32,000 bases of DNA, taken from NCBI GenBank assembly GCA_023818895.1, contig JAMWCX010000001.1:30001-62000 (forward strand), read 5' to 3'. Below are positions 10,082 to 19,114 of this stretch, one piece after another. The notes beneath the pieces are model-generated. The model was not told where the DNA came from and did not search any database. It saw only the letters and a list, made by a program, of their open reading frames with translations. The stretch's first letter is position 1. Each line of letters begins with the position of its first letter. A program made the position numbers and the translations under genes. The DNA is from Candidatus Omnitrophota bacterium (GTDB lineage: Bacteria; Omnitrophota; Gorgyraeia; 2-01-FULL-45-10).

Positions 10082-10480
10082 ATGGCGGCAACAGATCCTA
10101 TAGCTGACATGTTGACGGTGATCAGGAACGCGAGTTCCGCAAAGAAGGATGTCGTAGAAGTAAAGAACTCCGTTCTTTCCGAAGGCATAGTTAAAATATT
10201 GAAACGGGAAGGCTTCATATCAAATTATAAGATCATAAAGGATAACAAGCAGGGGATAATAAGGGTATATCTTAAATATCTGAAAAACGGTACGCCAGCG
10301 ATTCTTGGGCTGAAGAGAGTCTCAAGGCCAGGATTGCGCGTATACAGCAAGGCCAATGCCTTGCCAAGAGTTTACAGCGGTCTTGGCGTGGCTATAATAT
10401 CCACATCCAAAGGGCTCTTGACTGACGAAGAGGCGCGCGATAAGAAGGTCGGCGGAGAAGTCCTCTGCTACGCATGGTGA
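10082..10480 (+). CDS. rpsH: 30S ribosomal protein S8
   Basis: 132 aa. DPIADMLTVIRNA and GGEVLCYAW terminus. Confidence 0.97.
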   Translation: MAATDPIADMLTVIRNASSAKKDVVEVKNSVLSEGIVKILKREGFISNYKIIKDNKQGIIRVYLKYLKNGTPAILGLKRVSRPGLRVYSKANALPRVYSGLGVAIISTSKGLLTDEEARDKKVGGEVLCYAW

Positions 10481-10488
10481 GGTAATAT

Positions 10489-11058
10489 ATGTCAAGGATA
10501 GGTAAGAAACCTATTGCGATACCAAGCGGTGTAAAGGTCAGCATTGGCGCCGATAACTTGATAACGGTGGAAGGCAAAAATGGCAAACTTACTTATAAGG
10601 CGCCGGCAAATTTTAAACTGGAGGTGAAAGAGAATAGTTTTTCCGTATCCAGACCTTCGGACACCAAACAGGATAAGGCGACGCACGGCCTCATCAGAAG
10701 TCTTGTTAATAATATGATACGTGGAGTATCGGAAGGCTACAAAAAGGAGCTTGAAGTTACTGGTGTCGGTTTCAAAGCGGCGGTACAGGGTAAGGTATTA
10801 AATCTGAGCCTGAGCTTTTCGCATCCAATAAATTATAATATCCCCGAAGGCGTCAGCGTTGAGACTCCAAAACCTAATATAATAATTGTAAAGGGCGCTG
10901 ACAAGGCGAAGGTCGGCGAGGTGGCCGCGGAGATCAGGGATTTTTACAGACCAGAACCTTATAAGGGCAAGGGAATAAAATATGTCGGCGAACAGGTTCG
11001 GCGCAAGGCCGGTAAGGCCGTGGCGGGCGCGGCGGCAGGGGGCGCCGGAGGCAAATAA
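10489..11058 (+). CDS. rplF: 50S ribosomal protein L6
   Basis: 189 aa. MSRIGKKPI and [11 protein letters not shown]. Short Ala/Gly-rich C-terminal tail. Confidence 0.97.
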   Translation: MSRIGKKPIAIPSGVKVSIGADNLITVEGKNGKLTYKAPANFKLEVKENSFSVSRPSDTKQDKATHGLIRSLVNNMIRGVSEGYKKELEVTGVGFKAAVQGKVLNLSLSFSHPINYNIPEGVSVETPKPNIIIVKGADKAKVGEVAAEIRDFYRPEPYKGKGIKYVGEQVRRKAGKAVAGAAAGGAGGK

Positions 11059-11078
11059 TAGTATGGGCAGGATATAGC

Positions 11079-11447
11079 ATGAAAAGCTGGATAAAACTTG
11101 AGGGCCGCCAGAGGCGGCATAAGATAATAAGGCAGAAAGTTGTGGGCACCAGCGAACGGCCGCGGTTAAGCGTTCGCAGAAGCCTTAACCATATATACGC
11201 GCAGGTGATAGATGACGCTACCGGCAAGACGCTCGTTTCTCTTTCCACCCTTTCTCCAGATGTCAGAGAGAAGGTCAAGAAAGATTCGGGCAACGTCAAA
11301 GGCGCGAGCATCTTGGGTGGCGCGCTTGCTGAGGCCTGCAAGAGATCAGGGGTCACTAAAGTGGTATTTGACCGGTCGGGGTATCTTTATCATGGCCGTG
11401 TCAAAGCGCTAGCTGAGGCCGCGCGTAAAGGCGGTCTACAGTTTTAG
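11079..11447 (+). CDS. rplR: 50S ribosomal protein L18
   Basis: 122 aa. [20 protein letters not shown] and [26 protein letters not shown]. Confidence 0.97.
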   Translation: MKSWIKLEGRQRRHKIIRQKVVGTSERPRLSVRRSLNHIYAQVIDDATGKTLVSLSTLSPDVREKVKKDSGNVKGASILGGALAEACKRSGVTKVVFDRSGYLYHGRVKALAEAARKGGLQF

Positions 11448-11501
11448 TCTCCAAAAGACAGGACGCTAAATGATCCAAATACAATAAAGAGGAAGAGAAA
11501 A

Positions 11502-12194
11502 TTGGCAAAACCCGAAGATAATAAAAACGAAAAAGATCTTAATAGTGAAACGCCGGCGCGGGAAGTCAACGCTGCGCAGGAAACGGTGCCGAAAACATCC
11601 GCGGTGACTACGGCGCAAGCCGCTGCGGAGGCATCTCGCGGCTCTTCGCAGGGGTCGAAAGGCCGTAAGGGGGTAAAAGGCGCTCCACGGCAGACAAGGC
11701 GGCAGCGCACTGGGGAGGATGAGGGCCTGATAGAGAAAGTGGTAAGCATAAAGCGCGTTGCCAAGGTAGTGAAAGGTGGTCGCAGATTTTCCTTTAACGC
11801 TCTCGTTGTGGCGGGCGACGGTAAGGGAAAGGTCGGATTGGGATTTGGTAAGGCGAACGAAGTGGCGGAAGCGATACGGAAGGGTCTTATAGACGCGAAG
11901 AGAAACTTCTTTAAAATACCGATGAAGGGCACTACCATCCCTCACGAGATAATTGGTCATTATAAGGCGGCCAAGGTCCTGCTTAAACCGGCCAACGAAG
12001 GAACTGGGGTTATAGCGGGCGGGGCTGTCAGGGCTATATGCGAAGCCGGCGGCGTCAAGGACATATTGACCAAGAGTCTCGGATCTGACAATGCCCTCAA
12101 CGTGTTAAAAGCTGCGATAGCAGGTATGAAACAGCTTAGGGTGGAGAGGCAGTCGATTGCGAAAGAAGAGGAAGTGAAGAGTGAAGCTAAATGA
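11502..12194 (+). CDS. rpsE: 30S ribosomal protein S5 with N-terminal extension of about 60 aa
   Basis: TTG start preceded by AAGAGGAAG RBS. The core is [41 protein letters not shown]. No in-frame ATG lies nearer the core. Confidence 0.92.
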   Translation: MAKPEDNKNEKDLNSETPAREVNAAQETVPKTSAVTTAQAAAEASRGSSQGSKGRKGVKGAPRQTRRQRTGEDEGLIEKVVSIKRVAKVVKGGRRFSFNALVVAGDGKGKVGLGFGKANEVAEAIRKGLIDAKRNFFKIPMKGTTIPHEIIGHYKAAKVLLKPANEGTGVIAGGAVRAICEAGGVKDILTKSLGSDNALNVLKAAIAGMKQLRVERQSIAKEEEVKSEAK

Positions 12195-12627
12195 GATAGG
12201 CGCCCCTTGTGGCGCGAATAGAAAGACTAAAAGGCGCGGAAGAGGCTCGGGTTCAGGCCACGGAAAGACATCATGTCGTGGCCGCAAAGGCGCGAAGAAA
12301 CGTTCCGGCAGAACTACGCGGCCTGGATTTGAAGGCGGCCAAATGCCGCTCATAAGACGTATACCGAAGAGGGGTTTTAACTCCAGATTCAGAATCGATT
12401 ATCAGGTTGTAAATGTCCAGTCGCTCAACAGGTTCGACTCCAATTCTACCGTTGGCCCGGTTGAATTTAAAAAGGCAGGCCTTATAGGTAGCGACTCGGA
12501 TCCAGTTAAAATACTGGGAAAAGGAAAATTGGAGAAGGTGTTGATCATAAAGGCGCATAAGGCCTCTGATAGCGCCAAAAAGCTCATAGACGCCGCTGGT
12601 GCCAAGCTTGAGCTTATAACGAAGTGA
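12181..12627 (+). CDS. rplO: 50S ribosomal protein L15
   Basis: GTG start. MKLNEIGAP...[20 protein letters not shown]. 148 aa. Overlaps the rpsE end by 14 nt, which leaves no room for rpmD. Confidence 0.95.
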   Translation: MKLNEIGAPCGANRKTKRRGRGSGSGHGKTSCRGRKGAKKRSGRTTRPGFEGGQMPLIRRIPKRGFNSRFRIDYQVVNVQSLNRFDSNSTVGPVEFKKAGLIGSDSDPVKILGKGKLEKVLIIKAHKASDSAKKLIDAAGAKLELITK

Positions 12628-12628
12628 A

Positions 12629-13978
12629 ATGTTAGAAGCATTTGCCAATATTTTAAAGATACCAGATCTCAGGAAGAAGGTTCTCTTCACCCTGGGAATG
12701 ATAGCCATATATAGGGTTGGCACTTATATACCAACACCCGGTATTGATGGAGCGAAACTTGCGCAGTTCTTTGCGCATCTTGCTCAGACGCAGGGTGGGG
12801 CGCTCTTTGGCATAATGAATATGTTCTCAGGAGGCGCTATATCGCGGCTGACGATATTCGCCCTCGGTATAATGCCGTACATATCCTCCTCTATAATAAT
12901 ACAGCTTCTGACGGCAGTTATACCCGCGCTAGAAAAGCTTGCGAAGGAAGGAGAATCGGGCCATAAGAAGATAGTACAATATACGCGTTACGGGACGATA
13001 GTCCTTGCCGTCATACAGTCTTTCTTTATCGCCCTATGGCTTGAGAATCCGGCGCGTTTCCAGGGACTGCAGATAGTGCAGTTTCCGGGCTGGGCCTTTA
13101 GGATATTGACGGTTATAACGCTTACCAGCGGTACGGCCTTTATCATGTGGCTTGGAGAACAGATACAGGAATACGGTATCGGCAACGGCATGTCGCTCAT
13201 AATAACCGCCGGCATAGTCTCCAGGATACCGACAGCGCTTTATCAATTATGGGCGCTTTTTTCGCCGTTCGCGCCGGAGAAGGCGCAGCTTGATCCTTTC
13301 ACGCTTATCCTTATGGTAGGAATGCTTATATTTGTTGTGGTCGCGGTTATAGTCGTTACCCAAGGTCAGAGGAAGATACCGGTGCAGTACGCCAAGCGCG
13401 TGGTCGGCCGAAAGATATACGGAGGGCAGTCCACATTTTTGCCACTCCGTGTTAATCAAGCAGGAGTTATTCCTATAATATTCGCTCAGAGTATAATACT
13501 ATTTCCCGCTACCGTCGCCGGTTTTATTCCGAGCCAGGGTTTTCAGAAGTTCGCGCAGATGCTTACAAGGGGTGAATGGGTGTATAATACTTTATACGCT
13601 CTTCTTATAATGTTCTTTGCTTATTTTTATACGGCGATAACATTCAATCCTATAGATATTTCCGAGAACATGAAGAAGTACGGCGGCTTCGTTCCTGGTA
13701 TAAGGCCAGGCAGGCAGACCGCGGAATATCTTGATTTTATCATGACGAGGATAACTTTCCCGGGCGCCATATTTCTTGCTTTTATAGCTGTGCTTCCGAG
13801 CATAATCTCCGGATGGCTTAAGATACCTTATCTTGTGGCGAGCTTCTTCGGCGGAACAGGCCTTCTTATTATCGTTGGTGTGATGCTTGATACGATGAAG
13901 CAGATAGAGTCGCACCTTTTAATGAGGCATTACGAGGGCTTCATGAAAAAGGGCAAGTTAAAGGCCCGTATATCATAG
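12629..13978 (+). CDS. secY: Preprotein translocase subunit SecY
   Basis: 449 aa, multi-TM. LGIMPYISSSIIIQLL and GQRKIPVQYAKR motifs. Conserved position after L15. Confidence 0.97.
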   Translation: MLEAFANILKIPDLRKKVLFTLGMIAIYRVGTYIPTPGIDGAKLAQFFAHLAQTQGGALFGIMNMFSGGAISRLTIFALGIMPYISSSIIIQLLTAVIPALEKLAKEGESGHKKIVQYTRYGTIVLAVIQSFFIALWLENPARFQGLQIVQFPGWAFRILTVITLTSGTAFIMWLGEQIQEYGIGNGMSLIITAGIVSRIPTALYQLWALFSPFAPEKAQLDPFTLILMVGMLIFVVVAVIVVTQGQRKIPVQYAKRVVGRKIYGGQSTFLPLRVNQAGVIPIIFAQSIILFPATVAGFIPSQGFQKFAQMLTRGEWVYNTLYALLIMFFAYFYTAITFNPIDISENMKKYGGFVPGIRPGRQTAEYLDFIMTRITFPGAIFLAFIAVLPSIISGWLKIPYLVASFFGGTGLLIIVGVMLDTMKQIESHLLMRHYEGFMKKGKLKARIS

Positions 13979-13989
13979 AGGGGGTAGCA

Positions 13990-14646
13990 TTGAGGCTTGT
14001 GTTATTGGGTCCTCCGGGGGCGGGTAAGGGTACGCAGAGTGTAGTTCTTGCCAATAAGTATGGCTTGCCGCACATCTCCACTGGCGACATCCTGAGGGAG
14101 GCGGTAAGGGAAGGGCTGCCTCTGGGGCTTGAGGCCAAGGCCTATATGGATAGAGGCGAGCTTGTTCCAGACAAGGTTGTTACAGGCATCGTGGCGGAGC
14201 GCCTGAAGAAGCCTGACACCAGACCGGGATTTATTCTTGACGGATTTCCGAGGACATTGAAACAGGCGGAGGAGCTTGATAAGGCGCTCAAGGCAATGTC
14301 GTCAGGCATAGACATAGTCCTCTATTTTGCGACGTCTCCGGAAGTTGCTATCGAGAGGCTGACTGGCAGGAGGGTGTGTAAATCGTGCGGCTTCAATTAC
14401 CATGTGAAGAATATGCCTCCTAAAAAAGAAGGCGTCTGCGATAGATGCGGCGGTGAGCTATTCCAGAGGCCGGATGATACCGAGGCGACTGTTCGTAATA
14501 GGTTGAAAGTCTATGAGGACCAAACCAAGCCCCTCATAGATTATTATATGAAGCAAGGCATTCTGAAAAGGGTGTCAGGCGATATGGGTGTGGACGAGCT
14601 TTTTAAGGTTCTTTCTAAGATATTCTCCGACGCCAAGCTTTCATGA
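13990..14646 (+). CDS. adk: Adenylate kinase (Cys4 zinc-lid form)
   Basis: TTG start with GAGGGGG RBS. P-loop GPPGAGKGTQ. Lid CKSCG...CDRCGGEL. 218 aa. Confidence 0.96.
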   Translation: MRLVLLGPPGAGKGTQSVVLANKYGLPHISTGDILREAVREGLPLGLEAKAYMDRGELVPDKVVTGIVAERLKKPDTRPGFILDGFPRTLKQAEELDKALKAMSSGIDIVLYFATSPEVAIERLTGRRVCKSCGFNYHVKNMPPKKEGVCDRCGGELFQRPDDTEATVRNRLKVYEDQTKPLIDYYMKQGILKRVSGDMGVDELFKVLSKIFSDAKLS

Positions 14647-15386
14647 TAGCGCTGCGCACGGCCCAGGAGATAGAGACGATACGGAAGGCCGGCGCGATCG
14701 TTGCCGCGACTTTGGATAGGTTAAGGAATAGTATAAGAAGCGGCATCACGACCGAAGAGCTGGATGCCATAGCCAGAAAAGAGATACTGGCCATGGGAGG
14801 TTATCCGGCATTCAAGGGTTACAAGGGCTACCCCGCTAATATCTGTGTGTCGCCCAACGAGGTGGTAGTCCACGGCATACCTTCCGCCAGACGCCTTAAA
14901 GAAGGCGATATCGTATCGCTGGATATCGGTGTGAGGTTCAGGGATTATTTTGCCGATGGGGCGGCGACATTCGGCGTCGGAAATATTAGCGAGCTTGCGG
15001 CTAGACTGATACAGGTGACCAGGCAAGCCCTTTCGATAGGAATAAGCAACGCGATATGCGGCAGGAGCATTTCGGATGTTTCAGCCGCCATACAGGCTCA
15101 TGTTGAATCGAACGGCTTCAGCGTTGTTAGGGCGTTCGTTGGCCATGGCATCGGCGCGAAGATACATGAAGAGCCCGAAATACCTAATTACAGGAGCTCA
15201 AGACTTGGGCCCGTGCTGCAGCCGGGAATGGTTTTGGCGATTGAGCCGATGGTTAACGCCGGAACTCACGAGGTTGAGATATTGGAAGATGGTTGGACTG
15301 CCGTCACAAAGGACAGAAGACTTTCGGCCCACTTTGAACATACTATAGTGGTTAAGGAAGACGGTCCGGAGATATTGACGATTTAG
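14643..15386 (+). CDS. map: Methionine aminopeptidase, type I
   Basis: 247 aa. ATGA overlap with adk. VVHGIP, DIGV...DGAATF, GHGIG, LAIEPM and HFEHT metal-ligand pattern. Confidence 0.96.
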   Translation: MIALRTAQEIETIRKAGAIVAATLDRLRNSIRSGITTEELDAIARKEILAMGGYPAFKGYKGYPANICVSPNEVVVHGIPSARRLKEGDIVSLDIGVRFRDYFADGAATFGVGNISELAARLIQVTRQALSIGISNAICGRSISDVSAAIQAHVESNGFSVVRAFVGHGIGAKIHEEPEIPNYRSSRLGPVLQPGMVLAIEPMVNAGTHEVEILEDGWTAVTKDRRLSAHFEHTIVVKEDGPEILTI

Positions 15387-15403
15387 CGAAAGCCGTATTT
15401 GAG

Positions 15404-15625
15404 ATGAGCCCTAAGGAAGAAGCGATAACAGTAGAGGGTAAAGTGGTTGAGACGCTGCCCAACGCGATGTTCAGAGTTGAGCTTGTCAACGGCCATAGGG
15501 TCTTGGCCCATGTTTCAGGCAAGATGAGGATGAATTTCATAAGGATACTTCCAGGCGACAGCGTCGTAGTGGAATTGTCTCCATATGACTTGACGCGTGG
15601 AAGGATAATACGACGAGAGAAATAA
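15404..15625 (+). CDS. infA: Translation initiation factor IF-1
   Basis: 73 aa. [22 protein letters not shown]...[16 protein letters not shown]1-like fold signature. Confidence 0.97.
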   Translation: MSPKEEAITVEGKVVETLPNAMFRVELVNGHRVLAHVSGKMRMNFIRILPGDSVVVELSPYDLTRGRIIRREK

Positions 15626-15626
15626 T

Positions 15627-15740
15627 ATGAAAGTAAGGTCGAGCATACGTAAAATATGTCCTAAGTGTAAGATTGTGCGCCGTAAGGGCATTCTGATGGT
15701 GATATGCGCGAATCCCAAACATAAGCAGAGACAGGGGTAG
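15627..15740 (+). CDS. rpmJ: 50S ribosomal protein L36 (Cys3His zinc form)
   Basis: Not in the ORF track because it is too short. Read by hand: ATG 15627, [40 protein letters not shown] at 15738-15740. Canonical position between infA and rpsM. Confidence 0.95.
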   Translation: MKVRSSIRKICPKCKIVRRKGILMVICANPKHKQRQG

Positions 15741-15750
15741 GAGGAGCAAG

Positions 15751-16164
15751 GTGCCGAGAATAGTTGGTGTTGACATTCCGAAGGAAAAGAGAGTAGAGAT
15801 AGCGCTTATGTACATATACGGAATCGGAAGGTCCATGTCCAATAAGATACTTAAAATCGCCAATATAAATCCGGATAAGAGGGCAAAGGATCTTACCGAG
15901 GAGGAAGTCGCGAGACTTTCAACTATAATACAGAAGGATTATAAAGTGGAAGGAGACCTGCGGCGCGAGGTCTCAGCTAATATAAAGCGACTGATAGATA
16001 TAGGGACATACAGAGGTCTTAGACACAGAAAAGGGCTTCCTGTGAGAGGGCAGAGGACCAGGACCAACGCCAGGACAAGGAAAGGCCCTAGGAAGACGGT
16101 CGGAGTCATTAGGCAGAAGTCTGAAAGAAAGGCGGCCGAGACAGCGACAACATCAAAAAAATAA
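15751..16164 (+). CDS. rpsM: 30S ribosomal protein S13
   Basis: GTG start after [20 protein letters not shown] and [17 protein letters not shown]. 137 aa with a basic C-terminal tail. Confidence 0.97.
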   Translation: MPRIVGVDIPKEKRVEIALMYIYGIGRSMSNKILKIANINPDKRAKDLTEEEVARLSTIIQKDYKVEGDLRREVSANIKRLIDIGTYRGLRHRKGLPVRGQRTRTNARTRKGPRKTVGVIRQKSERKAAETATTSKK

Positions 16165-16178
16165 AGGATAAATAATAA

Positions 16179-16577
16179 GTGGAAGAGAAAAAACCGGTAA
16201 AATCCAAAAAAAGTAAAAAACTGACAAGAGCCGTATCGAGTGGTGTGGCTCATATATTAGCATCTTTTAATAACACCATTGTTACGATCACTGATAAAGA
16301 CGGCAACACGATCACGTGGGCATCTACCGGCAGTTCCGGTTTTAAGGGATCGAAGAAGTCTACACCGTTTGCCGCCGGCATCGCGGCAGAAAACGCCGCG
16401 AAGAAAGCGGTCGAGCGCGGCGTAAAAGAAGTAGAGGTAGTTATAAAAGGACCAGGCGCTGGCAGGGAGTCCGCCATAAGGAGCATACAAGCGGCCGGCA
16501 TTAGTATCAGGGCCATCAAAGACGTTACTCCCATACCGCATAATGGATGCCGTCCACAGAAGCGAAGGAGAGTGTAA
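16179..16577 (+). CDS. rpsK: 30S ribosomal protein S11
   Basis: GTG start. 132 aa. [18 protein letters not shown] and [16 protein letters not shown]. Confidence 0.97.
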   Translation: MEEKKPVKSKKSKKLTRAVSSGVAHILASFNNTIVTITDKDGNTITWASTGSSGFKGSKKSTPFAAGIAAENAAKKAVERGVKEVEVVIKGPGAGRESAIRSIQAAGISIRAIKDVTPIPHNGCRPQKRRRV

Positions 16578-17203
16578 TGGCTAGGAATATAGGTCCATCG
16601 TGCAGGCTTTGTCGAAGAGAAGGGATGAAGCTCTTCCTGAAAGGTTCGCGATGTTTGACGGAAAAATGCGCGTACAATAGGCGTTCTTCTGCGCCGGGTC
16701 AGCACGGTCAGATAAGGAAAAAGGAATCAAACTACGGTATACAGCTCAGAGAGAAACAGAAGGTTAAGAGGATATATGGCGTGCTGGAACGACAATTTAG
16801 GCATTATTTCAGGATAGCGGAGCGCTCGAAGGCGGTAACAGGATTAATGTTGCTCGAGCTGTTAGAGAGAAGACTCGATAATGTCATATTTAGAATGAAT
16901 TTGGCGAATTCGAGGCCTGAAGCCAGACAACTTGTACAGCACGGCATGGTATACGTTAACAATAAACGGGTTGATATACCAGCCTATACAGTAAAACTTG
17001 GCGAAGAGGTGTCTGTCAAGGCCAGAGAGAAAGTTCTAAAATCTCTTAGGGAAAAGTTTGAGGCGCTCAAAGACAGGCCGATCCCAAAGTGGCTTGAGAT
17101 GGATATACAGAATGTAAAGGCCAAGGTGACCGCCATGCCGACCAAGGAAGACGTCGGCTTCCCTATACAGGAACAGCTTATAGTAGAATTATATTCGAAA
17201 TAA
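16577..17203 (+). CDS. rpsD: 30S ribosomal protein S4 (Cys4 zinc-finger form)
   Basis: The ORF track begins at 16547 inside rpsK. ATG 16577 (TAATG overlap) gives [31 protein letters not shown]..., 208 aa, with an S4 RNA-binding domain (LERRLDNVIFR). Confidence 0.96.
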   Translation: MARNIGPSCRLCRREGMKLFLKGSRCLTEKCAYNRRSSAPGQHGQIRKKESNYGIQLREKQKVKRIYGVLERQFRHYFRIAERSKAVTGLMLLELLERRLDNVIFRMNLANSRPEARQLVQHGMVYVNNKRVDIPAYTVKLGEEVSVKAREKVLKSLREKFEALKDRPIPKWLEMDIQNVKAKVTAMPTKEDVGFPIQEQLIVELYSK

Positions 17204-17309
17204 CCGCACAAAAACACGAAATAGCCTTTAAAAAAGAGGGCGCCTCTGCGAAAGGGTGAAAGTGCGCAGTTATGGTTTTGCGGTGAAACACAGATAAAAG
17301 GAGTTATGC

Positions 17310-18305
17310 ATGGGAATAAGCATGAAAAATTTCGAGATGCCGAAGAAGCTCGTCCTGGATGAGGGCAGCTACACTCCGACGTATGGGAAGTTCATCGCGG
17401 AGCCCTTTGAGAGAGGATATGGCATGACTATAGGCAACAGCCTGCGGAGGGTGCTGATATCGTCCATAGAGGGAACCGCGGTAACGTCCATAAAGATCGA
17501 CGGAATTCACCACGAGTTCTCGGCTATAAACGGTGTCTTGGAGGACGTGCCGCAGATAATAATGAATATAAAGAAACTTGTGCTCAAGTCTCATTTCAAG
17601 ATCCCAAAACCCATGTTGATAGAGGTGGAAAAGAAGGGTGACGTGACAGCCAAGGATATAAAGACAGATGAGACCGTCGAGATAATCAATCCCGAGCTTC
17701 ATATAGCGACTCTTACCAAAAATGTGCCGCTTCGGATAGAAATGGAGGTGGCGCGGGGCAGAGGATATGTCCCAGCTGAGCGCAATAAGAAGGAGGGCCA
17801 GCCTATAGGGGTCATACCCGTAGATTCGATATTTACGCCGGTCAAGAAGGTCAATTTCTACGTCGAGAATACGAGGGTCGGCCAGATTACCGATTATGAC
17901 AAACTTATCTTGGAGATATGGACGAACGGCGCTATAGATCCCAAAGAATCGCTTCTTTATGCGTCCAATATAATGCAGCGGCATCTGGATATATTTGTTG
18001 GTTTCGGCAAGCTTCCGGAGGAAGAAGAGGTGCCGGAGGAGACCGAGGAACAGAAGATGTTGAAAGAAAAGCTTAAAATACCGATCTCTGAGCTGGAGCT
18101 TTCGGTAAGGAGCTCGAATTGCCTGCGTGAGGCCAGAATAAAGACCATCGGGGATCTCGTCAAAAAGACAGAGCTCGAGATGCTTAAATACAGAAATTTC
18201 GGCAAGAAGTCCCTGGCCGAAATAAACAAGATACTAGCTGAGATGGGGCTATCTTTAGGGATGAAGGTTGAAGAGGGGCCCAAAGAAAAAGAAGGGTCGG
18301 AGTAA
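17310..18305 (+). CDS. rpoA: DNA-directed RNA polymerase subunit alpha
   Basis: 331 aa. GGAG RBS 6 nt upstream. GNSLRRVLISSIEG N-terminal domain and ELSVRSSNCLREARIKTIGDLV C-terminal domain. Confidence 0.97.
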   Translation: MGISMKNFEMPKKLVLDEGSYTPTYGKFIAEPFERGYGMTIGNSLRRVLISSIEGTAVTSIKIDGIHHEFSAINGVLEDVPQIIMNIKKLVLKSHFKIPKPMLIEVEKKGDVTAKDIKTDETVEIINPELHIATLTKNVPLRIEMEVARGRGYVPAERNKKEGQPIGVIPVDSIFTPVKKVNFYVENTRVGQITDYDKLILEIWTNGAIDPKESLLYASNIMQRHLDIFVGFGKLPEEEEVPEETEEQKMLKEKLKIPISELELSVRSSNCLREARIKTIGDLVKKTELEMLKYRNFGKKSLAEINKILAEMGLSLGMKVEEGPKEKEGSE

Positions 18306-18311
18306 TATAAT

Positions 18312-18947
18312 ATGAGGCACAGGAAGAGACGTTCAAGACTTAGCATGATGACCAGCCGCAGGAAGGCGACCATTATAAATATGGTTAGAGGGTTGTTTGA
18401 ACATCAGAGGATACATACTATACACGCAAGAGCCAAGGAGGCCAGGAGGCTGGCCGAGAGCCTAATAACTCTAGGCAAGGAAGATACGGTTGCCGCCAGA
18501 CGCAAGGTTTACTCGGTGCTGAATGACAGGGATCTTGTCGGAAAACTCTTTAAGGAGATCGCACCCCTTTTTAAAAACAGGACATCAGGCTACACTCGCA
18601 TCATACCACTTGGTTTTCGTCGGGGAGACGGCGCAAGTCTCGCTATCCTTGAACTTACTGAGACTACGATAAAGCCACTTAAGGCGCAAAAAAAGAAAAA
18701 AGAGAAGGCGAAAGCGGAAATAGCGCATACGGAAGCGCCAAAAGAGCCGGCGGGCGCGGAGGAAAAGAAGAAAGCGCCCCCTGAAAAGAAAGAAGAACCA
18801 AAGATTAAACAGGTGCCAAAGTCCAAGCCGACACTTGAAGAAGAAAGAAAGCAGGAGAAGGCGAAGGCAGAAGACAAAAAAGCATCTGGTCAGAAGGGTT
18901 TTATGAAGAATATTAGGGGCCTATTCCGCAAGCGTGGAGACCGATAA
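18312..18947 (+). CDS. rplQ: 50S ribosomal protein L17 with K/E-rich C-terminal extension of about 90 aa
   Basis: MRHRKRRSRLSMMTSRRKA and GYTRIIPLGFRRGDGA form the core (about 117 aa). A low-complexity KKKEKAKAE...EEKKKAPPEKKEE tail follows. 211 aa in total. Confidence 0.95.
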   Translation: MRHRKRRSRLSMMTSRRKATIINMVRGLFEHQRIHTIHARAKEARRLAESLITLGKEDTVAARRKVYSVLNDRDLVGKLFKEIAPLFKNRTSGYTRIIPLGFRRGDGASLAILELTETTIKPLKAQKKKKEKAKAEIAHTEAPKEPAGAEEKKKAPPEKKEEPKIKQVPKSKPTLEEERKQEKAKAEDKKASGQKGFMKNIRGLFRKRGDR

Positions 18948-18971
18948 TACAAGGCTATAGGTTGTTTACTA

Positions 18972-19010
18972 AGCCCGCGGCAGATAATACTACCGCGGGC
19001 TTTTTGTTTT
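18972..19010 (+). terminator. Rho-independent terminator closing the ribosomal super-operon
   Basis: 9-bp GC-rich stem AGCCCGCGG (18972-18980) pairs with CCGCGGGCT (18993-19001). 12-nt loop, then TTTTTGTTTT. Confidence 0.85.
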
Positions 19011-19055
19011 TAAAGATCACCACCATAAGGCCGAATATCGGCCAAAAAGTTTCCC

Positions 19056-19083
19056 TTGAGATTTGATAGTTTTATATTATAAT
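19056..19083 (+). promoter_or_regulatory. Candidate sigma70-type promoter for the aminotransferase/TCA-branch operon
   Basis: TTGAGA (19056-19061), 16-nt spacer, TATAAT (19078-19083). About 30 nt upstream of the ATG at 19115, in an AT-rich spacer. Confidence 0.45.
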
Positions 19084-19114
19084 AAGTACATCATTTTATC
19101 ATTGGAAGAGGTAT

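Noticed and set aside
17304-17984. Long minus-strand ORFs opposite conserved genes: 17304-17984 (226 aa, opposite rpoA), 20634-21521 (295 aa, opposite the LeuC-like gene), 24175-25047 (290 aa, opposite lpdA), 19685-20440, 25894-26604, 30820-31443, 644-1243 and 2279-2860.
   Set aside because: Each lies entirely antisense to a gene with unambiguous conserved motifs. Their translations are low-complexity or Ser/Leu/Arg-rich with no recognisable domain, RBS or promoter. They are typical shadow ORFs.
19029-19043. Short GC hairpin GGCCGA-ATA-TCGGCC downstream of the rplQ terminator.
   Set aside because: The stem is 6 bp with a 3-nt loop. It is followed by an A-run rather than a U-tract on the + strand, and it is not U-flanked on the - strand. 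It is not a convincing second terminator, and an operator role is unsupported.
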